A DNA stretch of 64,000 nt. Source: Pseudomonadota bacterium. Lineage in GTDB: Bacteria; Pseudomonadota; Alphaproteobacteria; Rhizobiales; Beijerinckiaceae. The notes below the pieces were generated by a model. The model worked only from the letters and a program-made list of their open reading frames with translations, was not told the DNA's origin and did not search any database. Within the stretch, counting starts at the first letter, position 1; the number at the start of each line of letters is the position of its first letter. Below, piece by piece: positions 29,998 to 40,036 of this stretch. The DNA lies in NCBI GenBank assembly GCA_021777795.1, contig JAJYDD010000001.1, positions 689-64,688 on the forward strand, given 5' to 3'. The position numbers and the translations under genes are program-made.

Positions 29998-30119
29998 CGG
30001 GGCATCCTATTCGCCTAAAGCAATCCTGTTAACCAATTCCGCTTCTGTCATTGATTCAGGACATGCGGGATCGCGGGAAAGCAGGCTGGCTCGCCACCCT
30101 GTCGGCGTCGCGTCTAGGA

Positions 30120-30368
30120 TTAGGACCGTCGCTGATTTTCATCATGAAGCCGCAGCACTCCTTCGCCCTTGTCGGTGGACAGAAGGAGGACGCCCGAAGC
30201 TTCCAGCGCCCTTCGCACTTGATCGCGCGTCGTCTCATACACTTCGAGCCCGCTTTCGGATTCGAGGCGCTTGAGCGCGGTCAGTGATACTCGGGCCTTG
30301 TCAGCGAGCGTCTCCTGCGTCCAACCCAGCAACGCGCGCGCGGCCCGCGATTGGCGAGCGGTGATCAT
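30120..30368 (-). CDS. XRE/Cro HTH regulator
   Basis: MITARQSRAARALLGWTQETLADKARVS. Confidence 0.85.
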   Translation of the reverse strand: MITARQSRAARALLGWTQETLADKARVSLTALKRLESESGLEVYETTRDQVRRALEASGVLLLSTDKGEGVLRLHDENQRRS

Positions 30369-30519
30369 GCATGATCACCTCCCACCGGGCCAAACACACT
30401 TGCCAGAACTACGGCTATTTTAGTCGCTCTTGGCCGGAACGCCACCCGAATTCCGTCGGGCTGGCGTTCGCATTCTCGCTTTTCGAGCAACATGGCGCCG
30501 AACTGATTCGGTCGTCGGC

Positions 30520-30549
30520 AAAAGCGGCCCCGACCTTTCGGTCGGGGCC
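30520..30549 (-). terminator. Intrinsic terminator after DUF736
   Basis: GGCCCCGACC-gaaa-GGTCGGGGCC followed by GCTTTT on the minus strand. Confidence 0.75.
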
Positions 30550-30562
30550 TTGCTCCGGGGCC

Positions 30563-30889
30563 TCAGTCGCCCCGGCGCCCGTTGGGGCGGGACCAGATGA
30601 GCGAGTAACCTTCGCCATCCTCGTCGTCGAAGAGATTGGCGTAGATGGGGGCGTTGAAACTCGGATCGTCGAGCTTGAGGCCCAGGTAGTCGCGGCCCTC
30701 GTTGGAGCGCTTGGACCAGGCGGCGCCGATTTCGGCGCGGCCGACCAGCACGCGGTGGCTGGGGGTGTTCTCGCCGGTGGCGCGCAGGTCGGGGACGATG
30801 CGCACGCCCTTGGCCAGGACGCTGAGGGTGACGATGTCGCCGGTGAACTCGTTCGAGCCGGTCTTCTTGAAGGTGCCGATGGTCGCCAT
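30563..30889 (-). CDS. DUF736 family protein (second copy)
   Basis: MATIGTFKK, PSHRV, EIGAAWSK, KLDDPSFNAPIYANL. Confidence 0.87.
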   Translation of the reverse strand: MATIGTFKKTGSNEFTGDIVTLSVLAKGVRIVPDLRATGENTPSHRVLVGRAEIGAAWSKRSNEGRDYLGLKLDDPSFNAPIYANLFDDEDGEGYSLIWSRPNGRRGD

Positions 30890-31467
30890 GGTAAGTCTCC
30901 GTTTTCCGTTTCGAGCCCGCACCATGCGGCCTCGATGGCGATCGACGGGCCGGAGGCGACCGACGACGCATCGCTTGCGACCGAAGCAAAGCGGAGGATG
31001 GCGCAGGCGTGACTTTCTTGCTTCGCGAGGAATGGGTGAAACCCAGGGGAAGAAAGTCGTGACGGGCCGTTGCGGCATAGGCGGTCGAGGCTTCAGCCGT
31101 CCTTCGGCCAGATCAGCCCATTGAAGAGGCCGTTTGGAGCGCTCGCCGACGGATTGGGATCGGAGACAGTGGCCGCCCTGCGAAACCGGAAAGAGAGCTT
31201 GTGCCTGTGGACCGACGGCTTCGTGCTCACGCCCGGCAGGCCAGTGCGCGATTTTCTACCACGATTCCGTGTCACTGGAACGCCCGCTACCGTGTGCCGC
31301 CTGGCCGAACGACGTATCCGTCCATCATCGGTTCAAGCGCTCCGACGAGGGCCGCAAATTCCCGGATTCTGCCCAATTCGCCATCATCGCCTCCTTGCTG
31401 GCCCGCCGACGAGGAAGCTGGCGTAGACATCGCAATTTCTGGTCCCTCCGACGGCGAACGGCAATCG

Positions 31468-31908
31468 TCAGGCCCGAGCAAGCCTCTGATCCGACGGGAC
31501 GGTGGCCGCCAATGCCGCCACCCGCATGAATGCCGTCGCGCCAACCGCGCCGGCCCCGATAATCGAGAAGACGATCTGCCATGCTTCGGAGGGCATGGTG
31601 TGTTTCACGATGCCGTGGGTGGCGTGGTAGCCCGCGATTGCGGCGGGCGCCACGAAGACGAGCGCGATCAGCACGCGCGCCCAGAGCGGCTGCACGACGA
31701 TCAGCAGGAATTGCCCGATGCCGAGAGTGAGCGCCGCGCCGAGGATGCCGACGATGATGGCGCCGAGCCAGCCCGCGCCGGTGTGATAGGCCCACAGGCA
31801 TGAAGTGACGCCGGCGAAAAACGGCAGCGCGAAGACGGCGAGCGTGAACAGCAACCAGCAGAAGAAGCCGATGGCTGCAAAAGACAGAAGTATGCCAAGG
31901 ATGATCAT
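31468..31908 (-). CDS. ICE membrane protein, hypothetical
   Basis: MIILGILLSFAAIGFFCWLLFTLAVFALPFFAG; 4-5 hydrophobic helices; AAGGA RBS. Confidence 0.7.
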   Translation of the reverse strand: MIILGILLSFAAIGFFCWLLFTLAVFALPFFAGVTSCLWAYHTGAGWLGAIIVGILGAALTLGIGQFLLIVVQPLWARVLIALVFVAPAAIAGYHATHGIVKHTMPSEAWQIVFSIIGAGAVGATAFMRVAALAATVPSDQRLARA

Positions 31909-32050
31909 GGTGGTTCCTTCCGAAAGAATGTTCTGACGGTCGCGCCTTCCACCACCACCATGGCGCGACGACGAGCATAGCAAAAAATGAGGCGCGGCGG
32001 GAGTGGAAACCGGCAAGGTCTCCAGCCCGCACGCGATGGTCTTCGCCTCG

Positions 32051-32218
32051 TCATGGGGCGAAGGGATCGATTTCGCTGACGATTGCGGCCGTGTCGCCAT
32101 CGTATTCGCTGGCGGGAGAAACCGACAACGTGCCGTCGCCGGCGCGGAAGATGACGATGACGGCCATCAGCGTGGTGGCGAGGCTGAAGGCGAAGGCGTG
32201 AGCGTCGTTGAGGGACAT
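32051..32218 (-). CDS. 55-aa hypothetical protein (below the ORF-track cutoff)
   Basis: Hand translation MSLNDAHAFAFSLATTLMAVIVIFRAGDGTLSVSPASEYDGDTAAIVSEIDPFAP*; AGGAG RBS. Confidence 0.6.
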   Translation of the reverse strand: MSLNDAHAFAFSLATTLMAVIVIFRAGDGTLSVSPASEYDGDTAAIVSEIDPFAP

Positions 32219-32499
32219 CGATCCGGCTCCTGTTTCGAGCGGAGGACCAACCCCCGCTGACAGGCGCCCGATGTGTTCGGCCGATGGCCGCGATCACCGC
32301 GCAGGCAAAGCCGAAGCGGCGGCACGCTTCGCGTAGTCCGAGCCTTTACGGCTTGATGGCGTCAGGCCCTCGGCTGAACCAAGGATCAGCGCAATCGAAG
32401 CGGGGGGTGTCATCCGTTCAGGAGACCGAGGTGCTCGATCGTCACGACGGTCATTTCTGCCGGTCTGCCCGGTCCACCGCTGTCGCCCGTAGCAGCACG

Positions 32500-32922
32500 T
32501 CAGCGCTCGGCTTTCCAGGGATCGATGACTTCGACGCCGGCGGCGTCGAATGCGCTCGTATCCCGCGTGGCGACGACGAATCCCTTGGAGGCTGCAATCG
32601 CCGCGATATAGCCGTCGGGTGTTGGAAAACCTTTCCCGGCCGCACGCGCTTTGACCGCGAGGTCGGCGTAATGTCGCGCGGCATCCACGTCGAAAGGCAG
32701 AATGCGATCCACGAAAAGCTCCATCACCCCATCCAGCGCCCCAGTAAGCTTCTCCTTGCGTTTGCCGCCGGGAAGCGCGCCGATGCCGAACATCAGTTCG
32801 GCGATGGTGACGCTCGACAAATAGAGCGTTTCGGCGGCCTGGTCGTCGAGCCATGCGCGCACGGCGTCGTCGGGCGCGGGTTTCATGGCTTCCGACACGA
32901 CGTTGGTGTCGAGGAGGATCAT
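32500..32922 (-). CDS. PIN-domain toxin (VapC/FitB-like)
   Basis: MILLDTNVVSE, TIAEL, DGYIAAIA, VATRD. Confidence 0.92.
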   Translation of the reverse strand: MILLDTNVVSEAMKPAPDDAVRAWLDDQAAETLYLSSVTIAELMFGIGALPGGKRKEKLTGALDGVMELFVDRILPFDVDAARHYADLAVKARAAGKGFPTPDGYIAAIAASKGFVVATRDTSAFDAAGVEVIDPWKAER

Positions 32923-33173
32923 TCGAAGCTCATCGGCTTGGCCGGAGTTTTGTCGCGGGCCTGATTGAGGGCGGCAATATCCTCATTGGTCAGGCCGAGT
33001 TTGCGGCTGCGCTCGGCCAGCGCGCTGCCGAGGCGGAGGCGCGTATCGGGCCTAACAGCCGTTTCGAGGATGTCGCGCATTTCGGCCTCGGCGCTGCGGC
33101 CATGTTGAGCCGCCCGCACCTTGAGGGCGCGGTGCGTCGCGTCGGGCAGGTTCCGGATCGTGACTGCGGGCAT
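32919..33173 (-). CDS. FitA-like RHH antitoxin
   Basis: VTIRNLPDATHRALKVRAAQHGRSAEAEMRDIL; 4-nt overlap with the toxin gene. Confidence 0.9.
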   Translation of the reverse strand: MPAVTIRNLPDATHRALKVRAAQHGRSAEAEMRDILETAVRPDTRLRLGSALAERSRKLGLTNEDIAALNQARDKTPAKPMSFE

Positions 33174-33257
33174 GATAGCGCCTCCGTCTAATTTGATAGC
33201 GATGATGGCATATTACAAAAAATGCCATCATTTCTCAAGAGGCGGAATGGACGGCGC

Positions 33258-34184
33258 CTACGCGCCGCCCCTGCCGAACCGATAGACGGGGATGCCGAGC
33301 ATGCGGGCCTTGTCGGCGAGATTGTCCTGAATGCCGGTGCCGGGGAAGATGATGACGCCGATCGGCATGACGGCGAGCATCTGATCGTTGCGCTTAAAAG
33401 GCGCGGCCTTGGCGTGTTTCGTCCAGTCGGGCTTGAAGGCGATCTGCGGAACCTTGCGGGTGTCGGCCCAGCGCGCGGCGATCTTCTCGGCGCCTTTGGG
33501 CGAACCGCCGTGCATCAACACCATGTCGCTATGCTTGGCGTGGATCTGATCGAGCTTGGCCCAGATCAGTTTGTGATCGTTGCTGTCGCCGCCGGAGAAG
33601 GCGATCTTCGGTCCTGCCGGGAGCAGGATTTCGGTCTCGGAGCGGCGTTTGGCGGCGATGAAGTCGCGGCTGTCGATCATTGCGGCAGTCATGTTGCGAT
33701 GGTTGACCCTGGAGCCGGTGCGCGGCTTCCAGCTCGATCCGGTCTGGCGCTCGAAGTGGTCGGCGGCCTGGTCGCGCATCAGCTCGAAGGCGTCGCGGCG
33801 CTCGATCAGGGTCTGGCCCTCGGCGAGTAGGCGCTCCAGTTCGACGGATTTCACCTCGCTGCCGTCCTGTTCTCGCTGGCTGCGGCGCTGCGCCTGCTCA
33901 TTGTCGTCCAACTCGCGTTCGATCCGTTGGCAAGCGCGGTGGAACAGATTGACGGTCGACCAGAGGAGATCGTCGAGGTCGGGTTCGAGGCGCGTGTCTT
34001 CCATGGTCGAGATCAGGGCGTCGAAAATGTCGGCGATGGCGCCGGCGACACGCTCGCCCTCGGGCAGTGGCCGGGGGTCGGGTTCGTCCTCGAAGGGGCG
34101 GTAGCCGTAGAGCTGAAGCTCCTGCAAGACGTGGTCGGTCGGGGAAGAATTGTGGTGAGGCTCGAAGTCGTCATGCTCGCTCAT
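33258..34184 (-). CDS. DUF2493 (YspA/SLOG-like) domain protein
   Basis: LQLYGYRPFEDEPDPRPLP, HGGSPKGAE, AAPFKRND, FPGTGI. Confidence 0.8.
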   Translation of the reverse strand: MSEHDDFEPHHNSSPTDHVLQELQLYGYRPFEDEPDPRPLPEGERVAGAIADIFDALISTMEDTRLEPDLDDLLWSTVNLFHRACQRIERELDDNEQAQRRSQREQDGSEVKSVELERLLAEGQTLIERRDAFELMRDQAADHFERQTGSSWKPRTGSRVNHRNMTAAMIDSRDFIAAKRRSETEILLPAGPKIAFSGGDSNDHKLIWAKLDQIHAKHSDMVLMHGGSPKGAEKIAARWADTRKVPQIAFKPDWTKHAKAAPFKRNDQMLAVMPIGVIIFPGTGIQDNLADKARMLGIPVYRFGRGGA

Positions 34185-34500
34185 GGGATGCTCCGTCGAT
34201 TGGACCGCGACCATCGCGGCCTTCTGGCGACGAAAGCCCACGGGCGGCGCGGCCCAGCACCCGACGCGAAACGCGGCGGGCCGAAGCAAAGCGAAGGATG
34301 GCGGAGACCGGCTATTTTGTTTCGCGATGGAAAGGCAGGCGCGGCCTGCCGCCGGAAAATAGCCGGTCGCAGCCATTGCGGGGCGGGCCGTTTGTGGGCC
34401 GATCGCCCTCTCGAAGGCCGTGGCGCGGTCCTCTCATCGACGGCTGAACGCATCCGGGCGGGCAAGTGACGGTTGGTCTCTCCGCCTTTCCCGTCTCAGA

Positions 34501-35541
34501 CTACGCTGCCTGTGCCATGAAGCGGGCGACGTCCTGCGGGGCGAGTTGGACCCGGACATTGGCCCGGAGCGCGTCGATGCCGATCTGCCGGAGATCGTCG
34601 TTGAAGTCTTCGAATACCGGCGACAGGGTGATTGCCTCGATTCCGGCCGCGTTCGCCCGTTCGATCAGCGTCACCATCGCACCGTCGCCCGCCGGATCGT
34701 TGTCGCGAACGATGTAGAGCCGGCGCAGCGTGTCGGGAAACAGGATGGCGGCGAGATGGGCCGCGGACAATGCCGCCGCCATCGCCATGCCGGGAATAGC
34801 CTCCCGCACCGACAGGACGCTTTCGATGCCTTCACCCGCAGCCATCACGTCGCCAGCAATACCAAAGCGAACCGCGTGCCCCAACAGGTCGCCCATCGCC
34901 TTGCGCGGCGTGTCGATCGGCGCCTTGTCGAAGCCTTCAGGGGCGAGCCAGGTGCGATGCGCGCCGGTGATTTTGCCCGAAAGATCGGTGACGGCGGCGA
35001 TCAGCGCAGGCCACGTCTCTGTCGGGCTATGCTCCTCAGGCCGATAATAGCAGCGTGGATGAAAACGGAGGTTTCCGGTTCCGTGCAAAGCCGTAATGCC
35101 GCGTCTGCGCAGATATTTTTCCGCAATGGTGCCGCCGATCGGCAGCGAAATGGCGAACAGCCGTCGTGCCGCTTCGGATGAGCCTGGGGGCGCTGGCGTG
35201 CTGGCCGGTCGATTGGACGGTGGCTGCGGTTCAGGACGCGGGTGCTTGAGAAAGCGCCGGGCTTCCTCGGCGACATCGGCGAAGTCGACAAGACCGAGGG
35301 ATTCGCGGATCACGTCGAGCAGGTCGCCATGTTCGGACGTGGCCGCATCTTGCCATTTGCCGGCTGGTCCCTTGGGCGAATCCTTCAGCCGCACGAACAT
35401 CGAGCGGCCCGGCGTGTTGCGTGCATCGCCGACCTGCCAGTAGTTGCCCTGGCGGTTACCGGTGCCAAGATAGTGACGGCAGACCGCTTCGGCCTGTCGG
35501 CCGAGACGCTGCGCCAGATCGGAAGCGTCGAGGCGCGCCAT
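34501..35541 (-). CDS. Toprim-domain (primase-like) protein
   Basis: YLRRRGI, LRFHP, HRTWL, AGEGIES, RDND, DFND. Confidence 0.85.
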   Translation of the reverse strand: MARLDASDLAQRLGRQAEAVCRHYLGTGNRQGNYWQVGDARNTPGRSMFVRLKDSPKGPAGKWQDAATSEHGDLLDVIRESLGLVDFADVAEEARRFLKHPRPEPQPPSNRPASTPAPPGSSEAARRLFAISLPIGGTIAEKYLRRRGITALHGTGNLRFHPRCYYRPEEHSPTETWPALIAAVTDLSGKITGAHRTWLAPEGFDKAPIDTPRKAMGDLLGHAVRFGIAGDVMAAGEGIESVLSVREAIPGMAMAAALSAAHLAAILFPDTLRRLYIVRDNDPAGDGAMVTLIERANAAGIEAITLSPVFEDFNDDLRQIGIDALRANVRVQLAPQDVARFMAQAA

Positions 35542-38500
35542 CAGGCCGCCTCCCGATCCGAAATGCGCGCCACCGGGTAGGTGTCGAGCAGTTTGCCCAG
35601 AACGGTAGGCCCGCTGGCATCGACGGGGACGAAGAAACGCAGCTTCCACGAGATGATATCGGTGAAGAGGCCGTAGGCGCGCAGGCGCTCGCGCATTGCT
35701 TCGGTAAAACCGGAGAGTTCGATGCGGTTTGCGCCCATGACGCGGATGCGTCGAAGCTGGAGGCCCTCTGCGAGATCGAGAATGGTTCGGCCCTCGACCA
35801 GTGCGGCATAGGCATCGTCATGGGACAGGCTCGGCGCGTCGGTCGATGAGGCGTTCGCCGCCCATGCGGGCGACACGCGGCGTCCGATGATGCGCTCGCC
35901 GTCATCGGTCTGAAGCCGATAGACGCGCGTGGATTCGTTGGGCAGGCGCTTCCAGACTGGCAGAAGCAACCCGCTGACGATGTGCAGCGTGTTTTCGGCA
36001 AAGGGCGGCATGTCATCCAGTTCTCGGCTCCAGGCGAGCGCGAAAGTCTGCCGGTCCGCGCCTTCCCAATGGCCTTCCGCCATCATCTTGAACGAGGCGT
36101 GATGGTGTTCCATCGGTCGGATCAGCCTGACGCGGCGTTCGATCTCGCCATCATCGAGCATCAGCGAGGGCGCGGAGATCTGCACGGCGGCGCGGCCCGA
36201 TTTGGCGTTCACCAAGAGCTTGCCAGCGCCGTCGGCGAGGTTAGCCAGCGCGTCTTCGAGCGACATCGGCCGGTTGCGCCGCTTTTCGGCGATGGTCAGC
36301 AGTAGGGTTTCAGCGCCCGTCGTCGGATGGGTGTAGATGGTCTTGCGCTCGGTGACATTGAAGCTTTCAGCCGTCAGCGTTTCCAGCCCGACGTCATAGA
36401 CGCCGCTGGCGATCGCGCCTTGCACCTTGCCGTCGAGCAATTGCTCGAAAGCTGTGAAGAGAATGCCCTGAAGCTTGATCTTCAGCGCCAGCAGGCGATT
36501 GAGGAAGGTGGTGATGGGCGGCAACTCGTCCTTGATGCCGCCGTCGTCCATCAGTTTCAGCCCAGTTGCGCTCTCGAAGCGTTCGAGTGAACAGCCCTCG
36601 ATTTTGCCGCGCACGATCAGCAGATAGAGCTGGCGCAGTGCCGCGCGGGCATAGGGGCTTTCGAGATTGTCCTCGGGGCGGAACAGGCCCTGGCCACCGG
36701 TCTGGCGTTGGCCGCGCGTGATCGCGCCAAGCGTGTCGAGCCGCCGCGCGATGGTGGAAAGGAAGCGTTTCTCCGCTTTCACATCGGTGGCGATGGGCCT
36801 GAACAGCGGCGGTTGCGCCTGATTGGTGCGGTTGGTGCGTCCCAGGCCCTGGATGGCAGCGTCTGCCTTCCAGCCGGGTTCGAGCAGGTAGTGGACACGC
36901 AGGCGCTGATTTCGTGCCGCAAGCTCGGCATGATAGCTGCGGCCGGTGCCGCCGGCTTCAGAAAAGACGAGGATGCGCTTTGCGTCATCCATAAAGGCGG
37001 CGGTTTCGGCGAGGTTCGCTGATGGCGCGCGGTTTTCCACGGCGAGCCTTTCGCCCGTGCCGCCAACGCCAGCCTTGCGCACGATGCGGCGCGAACGGCC
37101 TGTCACCTCGGCCACCATATCCGTGCCGAAGCGCTGCACGATCTGATCGAGCGCGCCTGGAACGGGTGGTAGCGAGGCAAGCCGCTCGATCAGTTCGTTA
37201 CGGCGGGCGACGGCTTCACGGCTTTCGACGGGCTGGCCGCCGCGATAGACGGGCCGCGATGACAGATGGCCTTCGCTGTCGGTGAACGGCTCATAGAGCT
37301 GCACCGGGAACGAATGGGCGAGATAATCAAGAACGTATTCCCTCGGCGTGATGTCTACGCGGACATCGTTCCATTCCTCGGTCGGAATTTCCGCAAGCCT
37401 GCGCTCCATCAGCGCTTCGCCGGTGGAAACAATCTGCACAACGGCGGCGTGACCCTCCGCGAGATCGCGGTCGATCGAGCGGATCAGGGTCGGCGTCTTC
37501 ATGGATGTCAGCAGATGGCCGAAGAAGCGCTGCTTGGTCGATTCGAAGGCCGACCGGGCGGCGGACTTGGCCTGCCGGTTCAAGGTTCCATCGGAGCCGG
37601 TGATATTGGCGGCTTCCATCGCAGCGTCGAGATGGTTGTGAATGATCGAGAACGCCCCGGCATAGGCGTCGTAGATGCGGCGTTGCTCATCGGTGAGCGA
37701 ATGTTCGAGCAGTTCGTATTCCACACCATCGTAGGAGAGCGAGCGCGACGTGTAGAGACCCAGCGAACGCAGATCGCGCGCCAGCACCTCCATGGCCGCG
37801 ACGCCCCCGTCCTCAATGGCTTCGACGAATTCCGCGCGGGTGGCGAAAGGGAAGTCCTCGCCGCCCCACAGGCCAAGGCGCTGGGCATAGGCGAGATTGT
37901 GGACGGACGTGGCCCCGGTTGCGGAGACGTAGACGACACGGGCGTCGGGAAGCGCATGTTGCAGGCGAAGCCCGGCGCGCCCCTGTTGCGAGGGGGCGAC
38001 GTCGCCGCGTTCGCTTTTTCCTCCGCCGGCGTTCTGCATGGCATGGCTTTCGTCGAAAATGATCACTCCGTCGAATTCGGAGCCCAACCAATCGACGATT
38101 TGCCTGACGCGTGAAACCTTCTCTCCACGCTCGTCGGAGCGCAGCGTGGCATAGGTTGCAAACAGGACGCCTTCCGACAGCGTGATCGGTTTGCCTTGCG
38201 GAAAGCGCGAGAGCGGCGTCACCAGCAGCCGCTCCATGCCGAGCGCCGACCAGTCGCGCTGCGCATCCTCGATCAGCTTGTCTGATTTCGAAATCCACAC
38301 CGCTTTGCAGCGGCCGTGCATCCAGTTGTCGAGGATGATGCCAGCGGACTGGCGGCCCTTGCCTGCGCCGGTGCCGTCGCCAAGCATGAAGCCCCGGCGG
38401 AAGCGGACAACGTTCGGAGCATCGGCAGCCGCGGCCTGAACGAGATCGAAGGTGGCATCGACCGTCCACGTACCGGCAAGGTAATCGCCGTGCGCTTCGC

Positions 38501-39872
38501 CGGCATAGATGACGGTCTCCAACTGGGCGTCGGAGAGCAACGTCCGGATGTTGGCCGGCAGCATCGGTCGATAGCTGGGCTTCGGCGGCGCGACGCTCGC
38601 CATGGCCGCCGATTGCACCAGCTTGGTGGGGTGCGCCTGAGAACCGGGAATACGGATCGACTGCAATCCGTATTCCTCATAGATCGCCTCGGTCAGGCGC
38701 ATGCCCTCGGGCGGCGACCAGTCCACAATGTCGTAGACGAGTTCAACGCCATCCAGGTCGATGGTGCGGAGCGCGGTCGGACGTGTGGTGGCTGTGCGCG
38801 CGAGATACCCGCGCACGGTCTTCGGTGGCGCCGAGATCGGCGCTGGCATCGTGGGCAGCGTCACGGGAAGGCGCGGCGGCACATGCGCCGCGATCCAGTC
38901 GAGCAGTGTGGCGACATTGGACGCCATGCCCGGCGAGGTCGGAAACACGGTGGGATCGTCGGCGGGCAGCTTGTCGATGACGGTCAGCCGCGTCGGAAAG
39001 GTCGTCCCATGTTTGGCATAGACAGCCCCGGCGATGGCCGCGCTGAAAACGACGCGCCCGCGTTCCTGCAAGCGGATAAAGGCCTCGCGCCAGTCCGGCA
39101 GGTCCGGCCCGACATTGGCGCCGGTGATGGCGACGAGACGGCCGCCGGGCGCGAGGCGGCTGAGCGCCGAAGCAATGTGGCGAAAGCCAGCGTCCTGCAC
39201 ACGGCCCGCGACATGCGCCAGTGCCGAGAACGGCGGGTTCATCAGCGCCACGGAGGGCACGGCGGCGGTATCGAGGTGATCGTCGATTTGGGCGGCATCG
39301 AAGCGGGTGACGTGACTGGCCGGAAAGAGCGATGTCAGCAGATCGGCGCGGGTCTCGGCCAGTTCGTTGAGAACGAGGGCGCCGCCTGCGATCTCGGCGA
39401 GGATGGCGAGGAGGCCGGTGCCGGCCGAGGGTTCCAGAACGCGATCGACAGGTGTGATGGCCGCCGCTGTCAGCGCGGCGAGGCCCAGCGGCATCGGTGT
39501 CGAGAATTGTTGAAATGTCTGGCTCTCTTCGGATCGGCGGGTGTGCGTCGGCAGGAGGGCGAGCACTTTGGCCAGAAGGACAAGTCGTGTTGCTGGAGAC
39601 GCGGATTTTCGGAACAGCGCTTTGCCGTATTTGCGAAGGAACAGGACAGTGGCGACCTCGCACGCTTCGTAAGCCGCTTTCCAGTCCCAGGCGGCTGTCG
39701 TGTCAGAAGCGCCAAAGGCCATTTCCATGGCGCGGCGCAGGATGGCGGCATCAATCTGTTCGCCGCGTTCGAGTTGCGTCAGCAGAAGCTGGGCGGCGGA
39801 GAGGATGCCCGACGACGGGGTGAGCAGCAGCGGCGCGGCCGACACGGCGGCCACGGGAGATAGGATGTTCAT
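35541..39872 (-). CDS. Methyltransferase-like/strawberry-notch SF2 helicase fusion
   Basis: EPSAGTG and NPPF in the N-terminal domain; LGDGTGAGKGRQ, DESH, SATG, EVTGR, QGLGRTNR. Confidence 0.88.
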   Translation of the reverse strand: MNILSPVAAVSAAPLLLTPSSGILSAAQLLLTQLERGEQIDAAILRRAMEMAFGASDTTAAWDWKAAYEACEVATVLFLRKYGKALFRKSASPATRLVLLAKVLALLPTHTRRSEESQTFQQFSTPMPLGLAALTAAAITPVDRVLEPSAGTGLLAILAEIAGGALVLNELAETRADLLTSLFPASHVTRFDAAQIDDHLDTAAVPSVALMNPPFSALAHVAGRVQDAGFRHIASALSRLAPGGRLVAITGANVGPDLPDWREAFIRLQERGRVVFSAAIAGAVYAKHGTTFPTRLTVIDKLPADDPTVFPTSPGMASNVATLLDWIAAHVPPRLPVTLPTMPAPISAPPKTVRGYLARTATTRPTALRTIDLDGVELVYDIVDWSPPEGMRLTEAIYEEYGLQSIRIPGSQAHPTKLVQSAAMASVAPPKPSYRPMLPANIRTLLSDAQLETVIYAGEAHGDYLAGTWTVDATFDLVQAAAADAPNVVRFRRGFMLGDGTGAGKGRQSAGIILDNWMHGRCKAVWISKSDKLIEDAQRDWSALGMERLLVTPLSRFPQGKPITLSEGVLFATYATLRSDERGEKVSRVRQIVDWLGSEFDGVIIFDESHAMQNAGGGKSERGDVAPSQQGRAGLRLQHALPDARVVYVSATGATSVHNLAYAQRLGLWGGEDFPFATRAEFVEAIEDGGVAAMEVLARDLRSLGLYTSRSLSYDGVEYELLEHSLTDEQRRIYDAYAGAFSIIHNHLDAAMEAANITGSDGTLNRQAKSAARSAFESTKQRFFGHLLTSMKTPTLIRSIDRDLAEGHAAVVQIVSTGEALMERRLAEIPTEEWNDVRVDITPREYVLDYLAHSFPVQLYEPFTDSEGHLSSRPVYRGGQPVESREAVARRNELIERLASLPPVPGALDQIVQRFGTDMVAEVTGRSRRIVRKAGVGGTGERLAVENRAPSANLAETAAFMDDAKRILVFSEAGGTGRSYHAELAARNQRLRVHYLLEPGWKADAAIQGLGRTNRTNQAQPPLFRPIATDVKAEKRFLSTIARRLDTLGAITRGQRQTGGQGLFRPEDNLESPYARAALRQLYLLIVRGKIEGCSLERFESATGLKLMDDGGIKDELPPITTFLNRLLALKIKLQGILFTAFEQLLDGKVQGAIASGVYDVGLETLTAESFNVTERKTIYTHPTTGAETLLLTIAEKRRNRPMSLEDALANLADGAGKLLVNAKSGRAAVQISAPSLMLDDGEIERRVRLIRPMEHHHASFKMMAEGHWEGADRQTFALAWSRELDDMPPFAENTLHIVSGLLLPVWKRLPNESTRVYRLQTDDGERIIGRRVSPAWAANASSTDAPSLSHDDAYAALVEGRTILDLAEGLQLRRIRVMGANRIELSGFTEAMRERLRAYGLFTDIISWKLRFFVPVDASGPTVLGKLLDTYPVARISDREAA

Positions 39873-40036
39873 GAGATGAGACCTCGGGAGAGCGGAAACG
39901 GGCAAGCCCGCACGGCGCTCTCTCTCGACCGCCCGGACTCAATCCCATCCCGGCGGCCCTCTCACTCTAGGCGGGGGTGCTTTACCTCAATCAAGAATTT
40001 CAGTATGGTCAGTGAAAATCAATAAGGTAATATAAA

